Under the pieces are notes generated by a model that was given only the letters and a program-made list of their open reading frames with translations, ran no database searches and had not been told where the DNA came from. Below, in pieces: positions 45,447-54,911 of a stretch of 64,000 bases of DNA. The translations under genes were made by a program, and so were the position numbers. Origin of the DNA: Myxococcota bacterium (GTDB lineage: Bacteria; Myxococcota_A; UBA9160; JAFDDA01); assembly GCA_965228475.1 (NCBI GenBank), contig OZ245817.1, positions 3,412,209-3,476,208 of the forward strand, given 5' to 3'. The number at the start of each line of letters is the position of its first letter. The stretch's first letter is position 1.

Positions 45447-46459
45447 CCGAGCGGGTACGGGATCTCGCGGGCGATGCGCTTCGCCTCGGCCAGGGCCTCG
45501 GCCGGGAGTTCGACGTCCGCCGCCGCCAGGTGGTCGTCGAGCTGGTCCGCCGAGGTGACGCCGATGATGGTGCTGCCGACGTAGTCCTTCGTGAGCGTCC
45601 AGGCGATGGAGAACGTCACCGGCGACATCCCGCAGTCGGCCGCGAGCTTCATGTAGCGCTCGGTGGCCGCGAGGCTGCGCTCGTTCACGAAGCGCTTCGT
45701 CATGGCCTGGGTGCGCGGGCTGTCCTCCTGGTAGCGCGAGAACCGCGCGCCCTCGGGAAACGCGCCGCCCTGATACTTGCCCGAGAGCACGCCCGCCGCG
45801 ATCGGGCTGTAGGGCAGCAGGCTCACGTCCTCGCCGCGGCACACGCGGGCGAGCTCGTCGTTGAAGCGCCAGTTCAGCAGGCTGAAGTTGTTCTGGATCG
45901 TCTCGTAGCGCGGCAGGCCGGCGCGGTCCGCCGCCCAGAGGCTCTTCGTGTAGCCGTAGGCGGTCTCGTTGCTGCAGCCAATGGCGCGGACCTTGCCGGC
46001 GTCGATCACTCGCGAGAGCCCTTCGAGGGTTTCTTCGTAGGGCAGCCCCGGGTCCGGCCAGTGGGTCTGGTAGAGGTCGATGTAGTCCGTGCCGAGGCGG
46101 CGCAGGCTCGCATCGACGGCGCGCTCGATGTTGTGGGCGTCGAGGCTGGTCTTGCCATGCCGCACCGGGGCCTGGAACCAGCCGCGCCCGGGGCCGGCCA
46201 CCTTCGTCGCGATGAAGACCGAGTCCCGCGCCTTGCTGCGCAGCCACTTGCCGACGATCTCCTCGGTGCGGCCGGCCCACTCGGCTCGCGGCGGGACGGG
46301 GTAGACCTCCGCCACGTCGAGGAAATCGACGCCGGCGTCGAATGCCTTGTCCATGCACTCGATCCCCGCGGCTTCGTCTGCCATGCTGCCGAAGGTCATG
46401 GTGCCGAGACAGATTTCGGAAACGACCAGGCCCGAGCGGCCGAGGCGGCGATACTTCAT
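45443..46459 (-). CDS. Aldo/keto reductase
   Basis: ATG 46459 with GGAGGA upstream. MKYRRLGRSGLVVSEICLGTMTFG, DTAEVY-like DVAEVY, YIDLYQTHWPD and GCSNE. Confidence 0.9.
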   Translation of the reverse strand: MKYRRLGRSGLVVSEICLGTMTFGSMADEAAGIECMDKAFDAGVDFLDVAEVYPVPPRAEWAGRTEEIVGKWLRSKARDSVFIATKVAGPGRGWFQAPVRHGKTSLDAHNIERAVDASLRRLGTDYIDLYQTHWPDPGLPYEETLEGLSRVIDAGKVRAIGCSNETAYGYTKSLWAADRAGLPRYETIQNNFSLLNWRFNDELARVCRGEDVSLLPYSPIAAGVLSGKYQGGAFPEGARFSRYQEDSPRTQAMTKRFVNERSLAATERYMKLAADCGMSPVTFSIAWTLTKDYVGSTIIGVTSADQLDDHLAAADVELPAEALAEAKRIAREIPYPLG

Positions 46460-46478
46460 GGCTTCCTCCGAGCGGGGG

Positions 46479-47018
46479 ATGGGTGCGCCGGGGAAGGGTA
46501 TCGCGGGGGCTCGCCTCGGGCTCGCGAGCCTCCGGGCGATCGCCGCTGTGATCGCCCCTCTGATCGGATTGGGCTGCGCCTCCGCGCCGCCGGCCTCCCC
46601 TTCCGCGGCGGCCCGCCTGGATGCCGCCGCGAGCCCCGCGCCGCCCCCCTCGCCCGACGCCATCGTCGTTCGCCTGGCCTTCGCCGCGGAGGTCGATCTC
46701 GACCTCTACGTGACGGGGCCCCTCGGCGAGACCGTCTACTTCGCCAACACGCCCGCGCGCACCGGAGGCCGCCTGCTCGCCGACGCCCGTTGCGAGGGAA
46801 GGACCGCGGAGCCGACCCGGCTCGAGACGGTGATCTTCGATCCGGCCCAGCCGGGCCGCTACCGCGTCGGGATCGACTTCCCGGAGCGCTGCGACGGCGG
46901 CAAGGGTCCGGCGGCCTTCGCCCTGTCCGTGGAGGGAGCAGGCGCGGGCCCGCTGCGCAGGGAGTCGACGATCGCCCTGCGCGCCTTCGATGCCGTGGTG
47001 CTCGAGTTCGATCGCTGA
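46479..47018 (+). CDS. Lipoprotein with possible DUF2135-like beta-sandwich domain
   Basis: Lipobox PLIGLGC. VDLDLYVTGPLGETVYFANTPARTGGRLLADARC resembles the YfaP/DUF2135 motif from memory. The start is ATG 46479 or ATG 46458. Confidence 0.5.
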   Translation: MGAPGKGIAGARLGLASLRAIAAVIAPLIGLGCASAPPASPSAAARLDAAASPAPPPSPDAIVVRLAFAAEVDLDLYVTGPLGETVYFANTPARTGGRLLADARCEGRTAEPTRLETVIFDPAQPGRYRVGIDFPERCDGGKGPAAFALSVEGAGAGPLRRESTIALRAFDAVVLEFDR

Positions 47019-47040
47019 AGTCTCAGCTTGGCCGCGGCGG

Positions 47041-48789
47041 CTAGCGCTCGTCGCCGGCGGCCGGAAGCCAGACGTCGAAGCGCGTGCCGTTGCCCGGGCT
47101 CGACTCGACGTCGATCATGCCCCGATGCCGGCTCACGATCTCGGCGGAGATCGCGAGGCCGAGCCCCGTCCCCTCCCCTTCCTGCTTCGTCGTGAAGAAA
47201 GGGTCGTAGATGCGGTCGACGGTCTCCGGAGCGATCCCGTGGCCGTCGTCGCTGATGCTGACGACGACGGTCTTCCCCTCGCTGCGCGTGGCCACCTCGA
47301 CGCGGCCGCCCTCGTCGATCGCCTGGAGCGCGTTGATCAGGAGGTTCAGGAAGACCTGCTTCAGCTCCTGGCCCGAGCAGCGGACGAGCGGGAGGTCGCC
47401 GAAGTCCGTCACGATCTGGCCGTTCTTGTGGTTCTGGGCCTCCGCCACGCGGATCACCGACGCGATCAGCCGGTTCACTTCTTCGAGCTCGTGGAGCGGG
47501 CTTCCGGCCCGCGCCAGCCCCTTCACGTCGCGAACGAAGCTCGCGGTCCGCTCGACGCCTTCGAGGGACTCCTCGATCAGCTCTTCGCCCTCGCGGACGA
47601 TCTCGTCGAGGCCGGGCCGGCGCGCCGCATCCACCGCGCCGGCGAGGGTCTTCCAGTGGGACTCGAGCAGGGTGAGGTTCGTGCGGATGAAGGCCAGCGG
47701 GTTGTTCACTTCGTGCGCGATTCCCGCGGCGAGCTCGCCCACCGCAGCCAGGCGGTCCGAGGTGATCAGCCGGTTGCGCAGGCTCACGACCTCGCGGAGG
47801 TCCCGCACCACGAGCACCATGCCGATCGCGTAGCCGCGGCGGTCGTTCACGTGGGTGGAGGAGACGGCGACGGGCAGCAGCACCCCGCGCGCATCCCGAA
47901 GACGAACCTCTTCGTCGCGGACCTCGCGCGCCGGCGCGACGGGAGCATCGGGCACGATCTCCGTGATCGGCTTCCCGGTCAGATCCCGGACGGACACGCC
48001 GACGAGCTCCGCGAGCGCGGCGTTGGCGGTCCGCACGTGGCCGTCCATGCCGAGCAGCGCGACGCCCTCGGGCAGGATCGAGAGCATCTCCTGCCGGAAG
48101 GTCCACGAAGCCGTCATGCTGTAGCCGAAGTAGAGGATGTTGCCGGAGAGCACGGCGCCGAGCGCGGCGAGCGAGAGCGAACCGAACTGCGGCGTGACGT
48201 AACCGAGCATCGGGAGCAGGGCGTCGGTCAGCGAGGCGACGCAGAGCGGGATCGAGAGCGCGAGGGCGAGCCACTTGCCCTGACGGCGCTCACGCGGATC
48301 GCGATTGGCCTGGAAGCCCTTTCGCCCCCAGTACAAGCCGAGACCGACGTTCAGGATCGTGAACACGTAGAAGACGCCGAAGCCCGCCCCGGGCACGTAC
48401 GACCAGCCCCACGGCGTCGCGACGGCTTCGCTGTGGATGCTGTCGGTGGTCCAGGCCAGGGCGAGGAGCGCGACGGCAAACGCGTACTGGCTCTGCACGA
48501 AGCGGCGCTTGCCCCGGCTCGGCTGGGGTTCGAGGTCGAGGAAGAGCTGGGCGACGCTCGGCCCGAGCCAGACCCAGCCGAGCGCGGAGGCGCGCATCCA
48601 GAAGTGGGCGGACTCCGCATCGGGCCGGGTGTTCCAGGCGATCTCGCACAGGGCCCAGTACGCGCCGCAGATCAGGATCTGGACGGCGGCCCGGCTCGTC
48701 CCGTACGCCGCACTCCGCGCGAAGAGCATGCCGGCGCTGGCCGCGCAGCCGACGCAGGCCAGCATCGGGACGATCAGATACGGGTGCAC
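47041..48789 (-). CDS. Multi-TM sensor histidine kinase with PAS domain
   Basis: GTG 48789, 11 nt after the upstream stop. About six N-terminal TM segments, a PAS-like segment (LSILPEGVALLGMDGHVRTANAALAELVG), H-box AAGIAHEVNNPLAF and an ATPase domain (FLNLLINALQA, DDGHGI, GTGLGLAIS). Confidence 0.85.
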   Translation of the reverse strand: MHPYLIVPMLACVGCAASAGMLFARSAAYGTSRAAVQILICGAYWALCEIAWNTRPDAESAHFWMRASALGWVWLGPSVAQLFLDLEPQPSRGKRRFVQSQYAFAVALLALAWTTDSIHSEAVATPWGWSYVPGAGFGVFYVFTILNVGLGLYWGRKGFQANRDPRERRQGKWLALALSIPLCVASLTDALLPMLGYVTPQFGSLSLAALGAVLSGNILYFGYSMTASWTFRQEMLSILPEGVALLGMDGHVRTANAALAELVGVSVRDLTGKPITEIVPDAPVAPAREVRDEEVRLRDARGVLLPVAVSSTHVNDRRGYAIGMVLVVRDLREVVSLRNRLITSDRLAAVGELAAGIAHEVNNPLAFIRTNLTLLESHWKTLAGAVDAARRPGLDEIVREGEELIEESLEGVERTASFVRDVKGLARAGSPLHELEEVNRLIASVIRVAEAQNHKNGQIVTDFGDLPLVRCSGQELKQVFLNLLINALQAIDEGGRVEVATRSEGKTVVVSISDDGHGIAPETVDRIYDPFFTTKQEGEGTGLGLAISAEIVSRHRGMIDVESSPGNGTRFDVWLPAAGDER

Positions 48790-48800
48790 CCCGCCGCCCC

Positions 48801-49460
48801 CTAGAAGAGCCCCAGGCGATAGAGCTGGGAGTAGACCTCCGCAGCCACCACCGCGGCTTCGACCACGGCGTCGAGGGTCACGCGGATCTTCTCGGCGAGG
48901 GACGGTTCGACCCACGGGCACGAGAATCGCTCCCCGCGCGCTTCCAACCGATCGATGGTGTCGAGCAGGGAGGCCTGCCAGAGCATGTCTTCCCGCTCCT
49001 CGGCCAGGGCGAGCTGGAACCGGTAGCGGGCGATCTGGTTCGCGAGCACGACGCACTCGTTGCGTTCGCGGGAGACGGTGCAGTCGCCCTCGTCCCCGCC
49101 GTCGAGGTCTTCCTGGCTCACTGCGTCCTTCACGGCGGCGCCGGGCACCGCGGCCCACCAGCCGTAGTCCGTATCGTGAACCCACGCGCCGTTGATGTCG
49201 TCGTCGCCGTCGGTCCCGGACTCGTGGACCCAGCGGTTCGACGCCTGGTGGACCCAGTCGTCGTCGCCCGAATCGTGGTGCCAGCCGTACTGGGTGTCGT
49301 GGGGCCAGCGGTCGTCGGTCTCCACGCCCTCTTCCGGCGCATGCGCGGCGGGCGGCGCGGGCGTTCGGCATTCCTTGCGAGCTTCGGCCGGAGCGGCGGC
49401 CAGCAGGACGGCGGCAACGATCAGCGCGGTGGCCCCCGCGCGTACGGTGAGCGATCTCAT
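48801..49460 (-). CDS. Secreted Trp/His/Asp-repeat protein (219 aa), unknown family
   Basis: ATG 49460 with GGAGAC 6 nt upstream. Signal peptide ATALIVAAVLLAAAPAEA|RKE. Repeats: RWPHDTQYGWHHDSGDDDWVHQASNRWVHESGTDGDDDINGAWVHDTDYGWW. Helical C-terminal half with four Cys in total. Confidence 0.55.
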   Translation of the reverse strand: MRSLTVRAGATALIVAAVLLAAAPAEARKECRTPAPPAAHAPEEGVETDDRWPHDTQYGWHHDSGDDDWVHQASNRWVHESGTDGDDDINGAWVHDTDYGWWAAVPGAAVKDAVSQEDLDGGDEGDCTVSRERNECVVLANQIARYRFQLALAEEREDMLWQASLLDTIDRLEARGERFSCPWVEPSLAEKIRVTLDAVVEAAVVAAEVYSQLYRLGLF

Positions 49461-49567
49461 GAGGCGTCTCCAAGGGGTCGTCGACCTGCCACTCATCGGC
49501 AGGACCGGGCTCCGCCTGAAGCGGCAGGAAGCGCGCGAGAGGCCCGAAAACGCGGTCGATCCGGCCC

Positions 49568-51115
49568 CTAGGGGAGCCGGTCGTCGATCACACCTGCCTG
49601 GCGGTGGGCCAGGGCCATCCCGGTGAACATCGGATTCACGCCGGTGCAGCGCGGGAAGATCCCGGTGTCGGCGATCCAGAGGTTCTCGAGATCGTGGGCC
49701 TTGCCGTCCTCGTCGACCACGCCCTGGCTCGGGTCCCCGTGCATGCGCGTGGTGCAGAACGCGTGGTTCCCGCCGCACACGAGGTCCGTGCCGCGGATCT
49801 CCGCCGTGCGCAGGATCTCGGCCTCGGCCGGCGAGTTCATGACGTCCGGCAGGCCATGCACGCCGGGCATGATCTTCCGGGCGCCGGCGGCGAAGAAGAT
49901 CTCCGAGAGCACGACCAGGGCGTTCTGGAGGATCTTCACGTCCTCGCGGTCGAGCCGGTAGTGGAGGACCGGGTCCATCCCCCGGCGGCGCGCCACGACC
50001 TTGCCGAGCGAACGGTGGCAGCTCGCGATGGCGTCCCAGGTGGCGGAGTGCGTCACCTCGGCCAGGTGCTCCTTCAGGGCGTGGCCCATGCCCGGCGTGC
50101 GTACCGCGAGCACGGCGGGGGGCGCCCAGAGCGTCTCGAGCTTGAACCCCTGCTCGATGAACTGGAGCGACTGGTAGCCCTGGGTGGCGCCGAAGCGCGG
50201 GTTCGTCGGTTCGGGAAAGACGCCCGTGATGGCGACCCCCGGGTGGAACTGGAGGTTCTCGCCGACCTGCTCCGAGCGGTTCGCGAGGTTCCCGCTCCGC
50301 TGCAGGATCACCGGCGTCGCCATGCAGCCGGCCGCCAGCACGACCGCGGCAGCCTTCACCCGGAAGCGCGCGCCCTCGCGGCCGGTGAACGGCTCGACCA
50401 CCCGGCCCGTGACGGCCTCGACGCGGCCGCCGCGGTGCTCGACTTCTTCGACGCGCACCGAGGTCAGGACCCGCGCTCCCGCCCGGATCGCCGCCGGGAC
50501 GTAGGAGATGTCCATGGACTGCTTCGCGCGGGCTCGGCAGCCGGTGAAGCACTCGCCGCTCCCGCGGCAGCCCCGCACGTTGCGCGGGATCGGCTCGCTC
50601 GAATAGCCGAGCGCCTTGCAACCGTCCCGGAAGAGCAGATTGCGCGGGCCCTGGACCTCGTCGGGCGTCGGTGCGATGCCGAGGAACTCGGCGACGGCGT
50701 CGTAGTGGGGGTCGAGATCCTTGCGGGACGTTCGCGCGAGGTCGTAGCGCGTGCACCAATCCTCGAGGACGGATTCCGGCGCCCGCGGGCAGATGGCCGA
50801 GTTCACGAGCGAGCCGCCGCCGAGGGCGATGGCCTGCATGGTCGGCATCACGTGGCCGCGCGTCGCGCGCAGGCCGCCCTCGCGCATGGTGCGGACCATG
50901 GAGGTCGCGCCGTCGAGGGCGAAGTCCTCCGGCGTGAAGGGAGGGCCCTCCTCGAGCAGGACGACCTTGCGCCCTGCGATGGCCAGCTCGTGGGCGACGA
51001 CCGCACCGGTCGGGCCGGAGCCGACGACGACGACGTCGGCCTCCTCCTGGAAGTCGCCTGCGTAGTCCGCGAAGACCCGGACCTCCCCCTCGCCGGGCCG
51101 CACCGTGACGGTCAA
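49568..51115 (-). CDS. GMC-family FAD oxidoreductase
   Basis: ADVVVVGSGPTGAVVAHELAIAGRKVVLLEEG FAD fold, then GGGSLVNSAI and a C-terminal HAFCTTRMG...ADTGIFP-type substrate domain. The start is TTG 51115 (TTGA overlap with the upstream stop) or GTG 51103. Confidence 0.85.
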   Translation of the reverse strand: MTVTVRPGEGEVRVFADYAGDFQEEADVVVVGSGPTGAVVAHELAIAGRKVVLLEEGPPFTPEDFALDGATSMVRTMREGGLRATRGHVMPTMQAIALGGGSLVNSAICPRAPESVLEDWCTRYDLARTSRKDLDPHYDAVAEFLGIAPTPDEVQGPRNLLFRDGCKALGYSSEPIPRNVRGCRGSGECFTGCRARAKQSMDISYVPAAIRAGARVLTSVRVEEVEHRGGRVEAVTGRVVEPFTGREGARFRVKAAAVVLAAGCMATPVILQRSGNLANRSEQVGENLQFHPGVAITGVFPEPTNPRFGATQGYQSLQFIEQGFKLETLWAPPAVLAVRTPGMGHALKEHLAEVTHSATWDAIASCHRSLGKVVARRRGMDPVLHYRLDREDVKILQNALVVLSEIFFAAGARKIMPGVHGLPDVMNSPAEAEILRTAEIRGTDLVCGGNHAFCTTRMHGDPSQGVVDEDGKAHDLENLWIADTGIFPRCTGVNPMFTGMALAHRQAGVIDDRLP

Positions 51116-51756
51116 GCCGTCACCACGCGGTAGTCGGGATGAATCGGGGTCTCCGCGCCGAGGGGGCGGGCCTCCCCGGGAGGCGTGAGGTCGGCTTCGG
51201 TCCGGGTGATCGACGAGCGCGGCTGCCCGATGCGCGGGTAGAGCAGATCCGCCTCGACCACCGGGGACTCGATCTCCCAGGGAGAGAGCTCGAGCCGGTC
51301 GAGCACCCGCGGGTCTGCCAGGTAGGCCATGCAGAGGATCGCCCGAAGGCTCGTGAAGACGAGGCGCCGCGGGAAGAGCGAGCTCGTCCGCCAGCCCTCG
51401 AGGACCGCCTGCTGCTGTTCGAGCGAGAGCGCCGAGAAGCGCCGTCGCCCGCCAGAGCCCGGCGCGGGGAAGAGGAGCGTCGCCTGCTCGACGAGCAGGA
51501 AGAGCAGCCGCATCAGGATCCGCATCATCGCCGGCACGCTCGCCACGTAGCCATCGACCCACTCGGCCGCCCCGGCCTGGCTGCCGGAGGGAGGAATGGC
51601 ACCACCGCGCGGAAACAGGGCATCCCCTGCCGCGGCCACGACGGCGGTCTCGCGGGCCGTGAGAAGGCGGGCGTTCTCGGGAGCGGGGCCATAGCCGAAG
51701 AACAGGCGGCGAATGCCCCAGATGAGGGCGGCAAGGAGCAGGAGGCGAATCAGCAT
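51112..51756 (-). CDS. Gluconate 2-dehydrogenase subunit 3-like small subunit
   Basis: ATG 51756. N-terminal TM/signal MLIRLLLLAALIWGI. LTARETAVVAAAGDALFPRGGAIPPSGSQAGAAEWVDGYV fits the small-partner family of GMC dehydrogenases from memory. Confidence 0.55.
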   Translation of the reverse strand: MLIRLLLLAALIWGIRRLFFGYGPAPENARLLTARETAVVAAAGDALFPRGGAIPPSGSQAGAAEWVDGYVASVPAMMRILMRLLFLLVEQATLLFPAPGSGGRRRFSALSLEQQQAVLEGWRTSSLFPRRLVFTSLRAILCMAYLADPRVLDRLELSPWEIESPVVEADLLYPRIGQPRSSITRTEADLTPPGEARPLGAETPIHPDYRVVTA

Positions 51757-51894
51757 GCGGGCAGGATAACGCGCCGGGAGTCCAGCTAAAGCCCCAGGCT
51801 CGATCGGCCGAACTCCCCAGACGATGCACGCGACCGGAACAGCGCGCCCGCGCCCGGCGGGACCCGGGCACGAACCCGCAGGCGGGGCCTCGCG

Positions 51895-53379
51895 GTGAGT
51901 CCGGTCTCGGTCGCGACCCTGGCGGTCGCCGTCGCCGCGCTCTACTCCGCCGGCCTCCACGGCTGGCTCCACTGGAGCTACCGGCGCGGGCGGATCCATC
52001 TGTGGCACAGCGTCACGTCCCTTGCGGTGTGCGGGCTCGCCGGCTCGATCTTCCTGCTCTACGAGAGCGCCGGCCTCGAAGAAGCCAAGCGCTGGCAGAA
52101 CTGGATGTTCGTCTTCTCGGCGCCGCTCCTCGTCGGCTACTTCCAGTTCAGCTGGGAGTTCCTCGCGCTCTCCGGGCGCTGGCAGCGCTGGCTCGTCGGC
52201 ACCTTCGGGGTCGCCATTGGGCTCGTCGCGGGCACCACGGACCTCTTCCTCGAGCACCAGCGCTTTCGCACTTCGATCCCGTCCGTCGGGCTCGACTTCG
52301 TCTACGCGCCCCTCTCGGATCTCGGGAACCTCGCGGTCGTCGGCTTCGGCATCACGGTGCTCTACCTGGCTTCGCTCTTCGTCCGGTACGCACGCAAGGA
52401 CGACATCGAGTTCCGGGTGATCGCGGCCGCCACGGCCTTGCTGTGTGCCGCCGGGGCCGTCGATCTCGCGAAGTCCTGGCAGTGGATCACCGCACCCTAC
52501 GTCGCTCCGTTCGGCTACCTCGCCCTCGTGGCGGGCAGTTCGGGCATCCTCCTGCGGCGCTTCGTGAAGTCCATGGTCTACGCCGAAGCGCTCGCCGGGA
52601 ACCTCCACGACCTGGTCGAGCGGCGCACCGCGGAGATCCGCCAGAAGGACATCCAGCTCGCCCACGGCGAGCGCATGGCCGTCGTCGGCACCCTCGCGGC
52701 GGGCATCGCCCACGAGGTGAACAACCCGATGGCCTTCCTGTCCTCGAACCTGAACCGGCTCGAGGAACTCTGGACCAAGCCGGACTCGGCCGGCGAGGCC
52801 ATGGAGATCCTCGGAGAGTGCCAGGAGGGTGCGGACCGGGTGCGCTCGACGGTCGCGGAGCTCTTGAGCCTCTCGCGGCGCGACGAGAGCAACCTCGAGC
52901 CCGTCGACCTGACCGACGTCGTGGCCTCGGTCCTGCGGATGGTCCGCTACGAAGCGCGCGAACGCGCGCTCATCGTGAAGGATCTGGCGACCTGCGCCCC
53001 CTTCCCGGGCGACCGGCGGCTCGTCGCCCAGGTGGTCCTGAACCTGGTGATGAATGCGCTCCAGGCGATCGGAGAGGGGCGGCCGGACGAGAACCGCGTG
53101 CTCGTTCGCACGCGTGACCTCGGCGACCGCATCGAGCTGCGGGTGGAAGACACCGGGCCCGGCATCCCCGAGCCCTTCCGCACCGAGATCTTCGACCCGT
53201 TCTTCACGACCAAACGAGCGGGGGAAGGGACGGGGCTCGGCCTCGCCGTGACCCGGAAGATCGTGCGCGAACACCGCGGCGACATCCGCGTCGAGAGTTC
53301 GAACCTCGGGACGCGCATGATCGTGGAGTTCCCGGTGGGCGAGCGCGGCGGAGACGCACCGGCCGAGGCCTCGGCCTAG
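51895..53379 (+). CDS. Multi-TM sensor histidine kinase (7TM-type N-terminus)
   Basis: 494 aa. About seven hydrophobic segments, then H-box AAGIAHEVNNPMAF, VLNLVMNALQA, DTGPGIP and GTGLGLAVT. Confidence 0.85.
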   Translation: MSPVSVATLAVAVAALYSAGLHGWLHWSYRRGRIHLWHSVTSLAVCGLAGSIFLLYESAGLEEAKRWQNWMFVFSAPLLVGYFQFSWEFLALSGRWQRWLVGTFGVAIGLVAGTTDLFLEHQRFRTSIPSVGLDFVYAPLSDLGNLAVVGFGITVLYLASLFVRYARKDDIEFRVIAAATALLCAAGAVDLAKSWQWITAPYVAPFGYLALVAGSSGILLRRFVKSMVYAEALAGNLHDLVERRTAEIRQKDIQLAHGERMAVVGTLAAGIAHEVNNPMAFLSSNLNRLEELWTKPDSAGEAMEILGECQEGADRVRSTVAELLSLSRRDESNLEPVDLTDVVASVLRMVRYEARERALIVKDLATCAPFPGDRRLVAQVVLNLVMNALQAIGEGRPDENRVLVRTRDLGDRIELRVEDTGPGIPEPFRTEIFDPFFTTKRAGEGTGLGLAVTRKIVREHRGDIRVESSNLGTRMIVEFPVGERGGDAPAEASA

Positions 53380-54854
53380 AGCACCCCGTCCCAGGCGCGC
53401 CGTTCGGCCGCGTAGGGATCCCGGGCGAGCGCGGATTCGGCGCCGAAGACCATCGTCGCGCGTGAACCGCTCTCGTAGGCCGGCCAGTCGCTGCCCGGCG
53501 CCCCGTCCGTCGCGAAAGCCAGCCACGCGTCCTGCATGCGGTCGGCCAGCCGGTAGGCCGCGGGCTCGACTCCCACCAGACCGTGGAGGTTCGGGTCGCC
53601 GTCGAGCCCGAAGACGAAGGGGATCTCGAGGGCGTGGCAGGAGCCGAGCGCTCCCTCGAGTGCGGGCGAGGCCCAGGTGAAGAGGTAGCTGTAGACCGGC
53701 GCCTCGTGGGCTTCGGCCAGGCGAAGGGCGGGCATGCGGAAGTAGCGGTCGGTCTCGATCGCGAACCAGAGGTCGGCCGGGCTCGCCGACCGGCCTTCCG
53801 CAGCCGCCTCGTAGGCGGCGATCACGTTGGCGGCCGGGTCTCCGATCGTGCGTTCGCAGCGGCGCAGGAGGGCGGCCGCGTCGAGGCGGCGCGCCTTCGG
53901 ATCCGCCAGCCCGAAGAACTTCCACTCGTCGAGGTTCGTCCCGACGAGGATCGGAACGCGAGCGCCCTCCCCCGCCGCGAGCGCGGCCTTCGGCGCTCGC
54001 GGGAGAACGCGGCCGTCCACGGTCGGCTGGAACGGGAGGCCGCGGTGCGCGAGTCCGCGAACGGCGAGCACCTCGGCCTGGGCTTCGAGCAGGGCCTCGA
54101 CCGGCGCGGCGTGGAGCCCGTCCACGTCTCCGGGAGCGAGACCGAGGGCCTCGGTGAAACGCTCGGCCACCGCCGCCGCCTGCTCGGGCGTGGCGGCGTT
54201 CTCGGTGGCGCCGCTCTGCAGGATCACGCGGTGGAGGAGGCCGCGGGCCTCCGGCGCGGCCAGCAGGGCGCCGATGCTCATTGCGCCCGCGCTCTCGCCG
54301 AAGACCGTGACGTTGCCGGCGTCGCCGCCGAAGACCTCCGCGTTCTCGCGGACGAAGCGCAGCGCCGCGATCTGGTCGAGCAGGCCGGCGTTGCCGAGAG
54401 CGTCGGGGCGCTCGCGATCGAGCCCGGGCAGGGCCAGCCAGCCGAGGGCCCCGAGCCGGTAGTGGATCGTCACGACGACGACGTCGCCGCGCTGGGCGAG
54501 GCGGGCCCCGTCGTAGACGGGCTGGGAGCCCGCGCCGACCGTGAAGCTCCCGCCGTGGACCCACACCAGGATCGGCCGTTTGCGGGCGCCGGCCGGCGTG
54601 AAGACGTCGAGCGTGTGGCAGTCCTCGTCCGCGGCGCCCGGCGTGACGCCGAGCATGCGGGCCACCATGCCGCCGTTCTGGGGTGCGCTCGGCGGGACTT
54701 CGAGCGCGTCGCGAACGCCGGCCCAGGGCTTCGGCGGCCGGGGCGCGGCCCAGCGCGAGGGCGCCTCGGCGAAGGGCACGCCGCGGAAGACGTGGAGCCC
54801 ATCCTCGGCGTGGCCGCGGATCCGGCCCGCACTCGTTTCGACGACGACGTCCAT
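53376..54854 (-). CDS. Carboxylesterase type B (para-nitrobenzyl esterase-like)
   Basis: ATG 54854. G.IRG......VFRGVPFAEAP, EDCHTLDVFTP, VWVHGGSF and FGESAGA (nucleophile elbow). Confidence 0.9.
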   Translation of the reverse strand: MDVVVETSAGRIRGHAEDGLHVFRGVPFAEAPSRWAAPRPPKPWAGVRDALEVPPSAPQNGGMVARMLGVTPGAADEDCHTLDVFTPAGARKRPILVWVHGGSFTVGAGSQPVYDGARLAQRGDVVVVTIHYRLGALGWLALPGLDRERPDALGNAGLLDQIAALRFVRENAEVFGGDAGNVTVFGESAGAMSIGALLAAPEARGLLHRVILQSGATENAATPEQAAAVAERFTEALGLAPGDVDGLHAAPVEALLEAQAEVLAVRGLAHRGLPFQPTVDGRVLPRAPKAALAAGEGARVPILVGTNLDEWKFFGLADPKARRLDAAALLRRCERTIGDPAANVIAAYEAAAEGRSASPADLWFAIETDRYFRMPALRLAEAHEAPVYSYLFTWASPALEGALGSCHALEIPFVFGLDGDPNLHGLVGVEPAAYRLADRMQDAWLAFATDGAPGSDWPAYESGSRATMVFGAESALARDPYAAERRAWDGVL

Positions 54855-54911
54855 GACCCGGACATTATAGACGGTCCCTGGGGACCCTCGGATCTGGTAA
54901 CTCCGGAGGCG

